Positions 16,529 through 20,000 of a stretch of DNA of 20,000 bases are shown in pieces; positions within the stretch are counted from its first letter, which is position 1, and the number at the start of each line of letters is the position of its first letter. The translations under genes and the position numbers were made by a program. Source of the DNA: a bacterium (GTDB taxonomy: Bacteria > J088 > JAWLBW01); the NCBI GenBank assembly GCA_041690355.1, contig JAWLHK010000026.1, positions 49,745 to 69,744 of the forward strand, given 5' to 3'. The notes beneath the pieces are model-generated. The model was not told the DNA's origin, did no database searches, and was given only the letters and a program-made list of their open reading frames with translations.

Positions 16529-17413
16529 ATGAAGAAGGCCAAGCGTTCACCAGAGACTTCCGGCGTGAATTCCGGCGAGGATTTCGGCGACGGCCGGTAC
16601 CGCCCGTTCTCACCCGCGCAGCGGAGCCGGGCCGGCCGCAACGTCGCCCGGTTCTTCGCCGGCTGGCGCAAACTCGTCGACCCCGTGTTCTTCGGCAGCG
16701 AGAACATTCCGCCCCAGGGCCCCACGCTCTGGGTCGGCAACCACTCGCTGCTCGCCTTCGCCGACCTCGGCCTCATGATGGCCGAACTCTACGAGCGCCA
16801 CGGCATCGTCCTGCGCGGTCTCGGGGAACATGCGCACTTCAAGATTCCCCTCTGGCGATCGATGCTCGGGGCGCACGGCGCCATCGACGGCACGCCCGCG
16901 AACTGCGCGGCGGCCATGCAGGCGGGCGATCACCTGCTCGTGTTTCCCGGCGGCGGCGGCGAGGTGCTCAAGCGCCGACAGGACAAACACAAGCTGCTGT
17001 GGAAGAAGCGAACCGGTTTCGCCCGGCTCGCCATCGAGAACCGCTGTCCGATCGTTCCCTTCGCGGCGGTCGGCGCCGACGACTGCTGGGACATCGTTTC
17101 GGACAACGACCTGATGCGCAACACGCGGCTCGGGCGCTGGCTCTGGACACGCACGGGATTCAAGCCTGACGAGGTGCCCCCGATTCTCAAGGGGATCGGT
17201 CCGACGCCACTGCCGAGGCCGGAGCGGATCTACTTCCGCTTCTTCCCCCCGATTTCACCGGAGCCCTATGCGGAACTTCCGGCCGACGCGCGCGCCATGG
17301 CCCTGCGGCAGGACGTCGAGCGCATCGTGCAGGGCGGCATTGACGAGCTGCTCGCCTACCGGGAGCGGGATCCCTTACGCAGCTTCAGCGCGCGGCTCCT
17401 GCCGCGCATGTAG
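16529..17413 (+). CDS. Lysophospholipid acyltransferase (PlsC/DGAT-like) family protein
   Basis: VGNHSLLAFAD, LVFPGGGGE, RTGFARLAI..CPIVPFAAVGAD; start uncertain (ATG 16529 chosen). Confidence 0.88.
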   Translation: MKKAKRSPETSGVNSGEDFGDGRYRPFSPAQRSRAGRNVARFFAGWRKLVDPVFFGSENIPPQGPTLWVGNHSLLAFADLGLMMAELYERHGIVLRGLGEHAHFKIPLWRSMLGAHGAIDGTPANCAAAMQAGDHLLVFPGGGGEVLKRRQDKHKLLWKKRTGFARLAIENRCPIVPFAAVGADDCWDIVSDNDLMRNTRLGRWLWTRTGFKPDEVPPILKGIGPTPLPRPERIYFRFFPPISPEPYAELPADARAMALRQDVERIVQGGIDELLAYRERDPLRSFSARLLPRM

Positions 17414-17425
17414 CGGGCACAAGGG

Positions 17426-17713
17426 CCAAGCGCCGAGTGCCAAGCGCTGAGCGCTGACGAACGGGTGAGAGGACGCCCTCACGCCGTCGCGCGGAGTCGG
17501 CTCAGGGGGGGGCATTGTCTGGCGGTCCTTGCAGGCAAATCGATCAAATATCAATTGGGGACGGTGCGACCTCTCGCTGTCGACCTCCACCCTGTTCCGG
17601 TCGGTCAGCTCGAGACGAACGGATACGGGGTTCTCCAAGGTATTTTTCCGGGCAATCGTCAATCGTCAATCGTAAATTGTCAATTGTTCTGACTCGTCAC
17701 TCGTCACTCGTCA
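17426..17713 (+). repeat. Composite repeat copy 3 (partial): AAGCGCC-type heptamers, right half of the hairpin element (17573-17622), AATCGTC-type x5 (17654-17688), CTCGTCA x3 (17693-17713)
   Basis: ctcgctgtcg and ggtcagctcgagacgaacgg blocks; same order of modules as copy 1. Confidence 0.8.
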
Positions 17714-18652
17714 CTTGGCTGCCCGCTGTTCCACCCGGTTCACGTACCAGGAACTCAGGCCGGCGGTCGAGAGGATGCCGAGGATGACGAGCAGCGAGAC
17801 CCAGCTCGGGATCTTGAAGACTTCGGAGAGAAGCATCTTGGCGCCCACGAACCCGAGCACGAGCGCCAGGCCCGGCTTCAGGTAGCGCAGTTTGGCGACC
17901 AGATCGGCGATGACGAAGTACAGCGCGCGCAGCCCGAGCAGCGCCAGAATGTTCGACGAGAAGGCGATGAATGCGTCGGGGGTCACCGCGAGCACCGCCG
18001 GAATCGAGTCGACGGCGAAAATCAGGTCGGTCGCCTCAATGGCCACGAGCGTCACGAAGAGCGGCGTCGCCTTGCGCACGCCGTCTTCCACAGTAAAGAA
18101 GTGCTGGCCCCTCAGCCCCTTGGTCACCGGATAGAAGCGGCCGACGATACGTACCGACCAGTGCTCGCCGACCTGCTCCTCGTCGTCGGAGGAGAAGAGG
18201 AAGCGCGCGCCCGAAATGATGAGAATTGCGCCGAAGATGTAGATGACCCAGTGGAACTGGTGCAGCAGGCCCGCGCCCACGAGGATCAGCGTGCCGCGCA
18301 TGACGATCGCCCCCAGAATGCCCCAGAACAGCACGCGGTGCTGGTACTGCGACGGGATGGCGAAGGCCTGGAAGATGAGCAGGATGACGAACAGGTTGTC
18401 GACGCTCAGGCTCTTCTCCACCAGATAGCCGGTGAGAAAGTCGATGCCCGGATTCACGCCGTAGCGGTATCCAAACCAGGCGTTGAAGGCGAGGGCCACG
18501 CCGATCCACCCGGCGCTCACGATGAGCGCTTCGCGGATGCTGACCGCGTGCGCCTTGCGGTGCAGGACGGTCAGATCGAGGATGAGCAGGACGACGACTC
18601 CGGCGACGAACGCCCCCCAGAGCCACGGTTCGACAATCGTAATTCCAGACAC
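17711..18652 (-). CDS. terC: TerC/Alx family membrane protein
   Basis: FLTGYLVEKSLSVDNLFV, QHRVLFWGILGAIVMRG, IEATDLIFAVDSIPAVLAVT, SNILALLGLRALYF. Confidence 0.95.
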   Translation of the reverse strand: MSGITIVEPWLWGAFVAGVVVLLILDLTVLHRKAHAVSIREALIVSAGWIGVALAFNAWFGYRYGVNPGIDFLTGYLVEKSLSVDNLFVILLIFQAFAIPSQYQHRVLFWGILGAIVMRGTLILVGAGLLHQFHWVIYIFGAILIISGARFLFSSDDEEQVGEHWSVRIVGRFYPVTKGLRGQHFFTVEDGVRKATPLFVTLVAIEATDLIFAVDSIPAVLAVTPDAFIAFSSNILALLGLRALYFVIADLVAKLRYLKPGLALVLGFVGAKMLLSEVFKIPSWVSLLVILGILSTAGLSSWYVNRVEQRAAK

Positions 18653-18659
18653 CGTACGC

Positions 18660-20000
<1,341 letters not shown>

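Overview
High-GC bacterial chromosomal window. Core genes: the end of a helicase-like gene, a KGG stress protein, purU, a UDP-glucuronate decarboxylase, a lipoprotein penicillin-acylase-family hydrolase with a TetR regulator, an Mcd-like acyl-CoA dehydrogenase with a CitE/Mcl-like lyase, htpX, fused trpE(G), an acyltransferase, a TerC-family protein and partial thiC. Two cis-regulatory RNAs are absent from the ORF track. One is a yybP-ykoY (Mn2+) riboswitch with an overlapping terminator, upstream of an 84-aa orphan ORF and htpX. The other is a probably leaderless Trp-Trp-Trp leader peptide attenuator upstream of trpE(G). Intergenic DNA is dense in repeats: several heptamer tandem-repeat families, a three-copy composite hairpin+heptamer element (one copy appears to supply the trp -35 box) and REP-like palindromes. 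A ~2.9 kb accessory island (6186-9075) between convergent core genes is bracketed by inverted ATTCCTG arrays. It holds co-oriented small modules (a decayed nucleotidyltransferase pair, an orphan, a DUF2281/PemK TA pair and an acetyltransferase with its own inverted heptamer bracket) separated by related repeats. All family assignments are from motif recognition by eye, not database searches.
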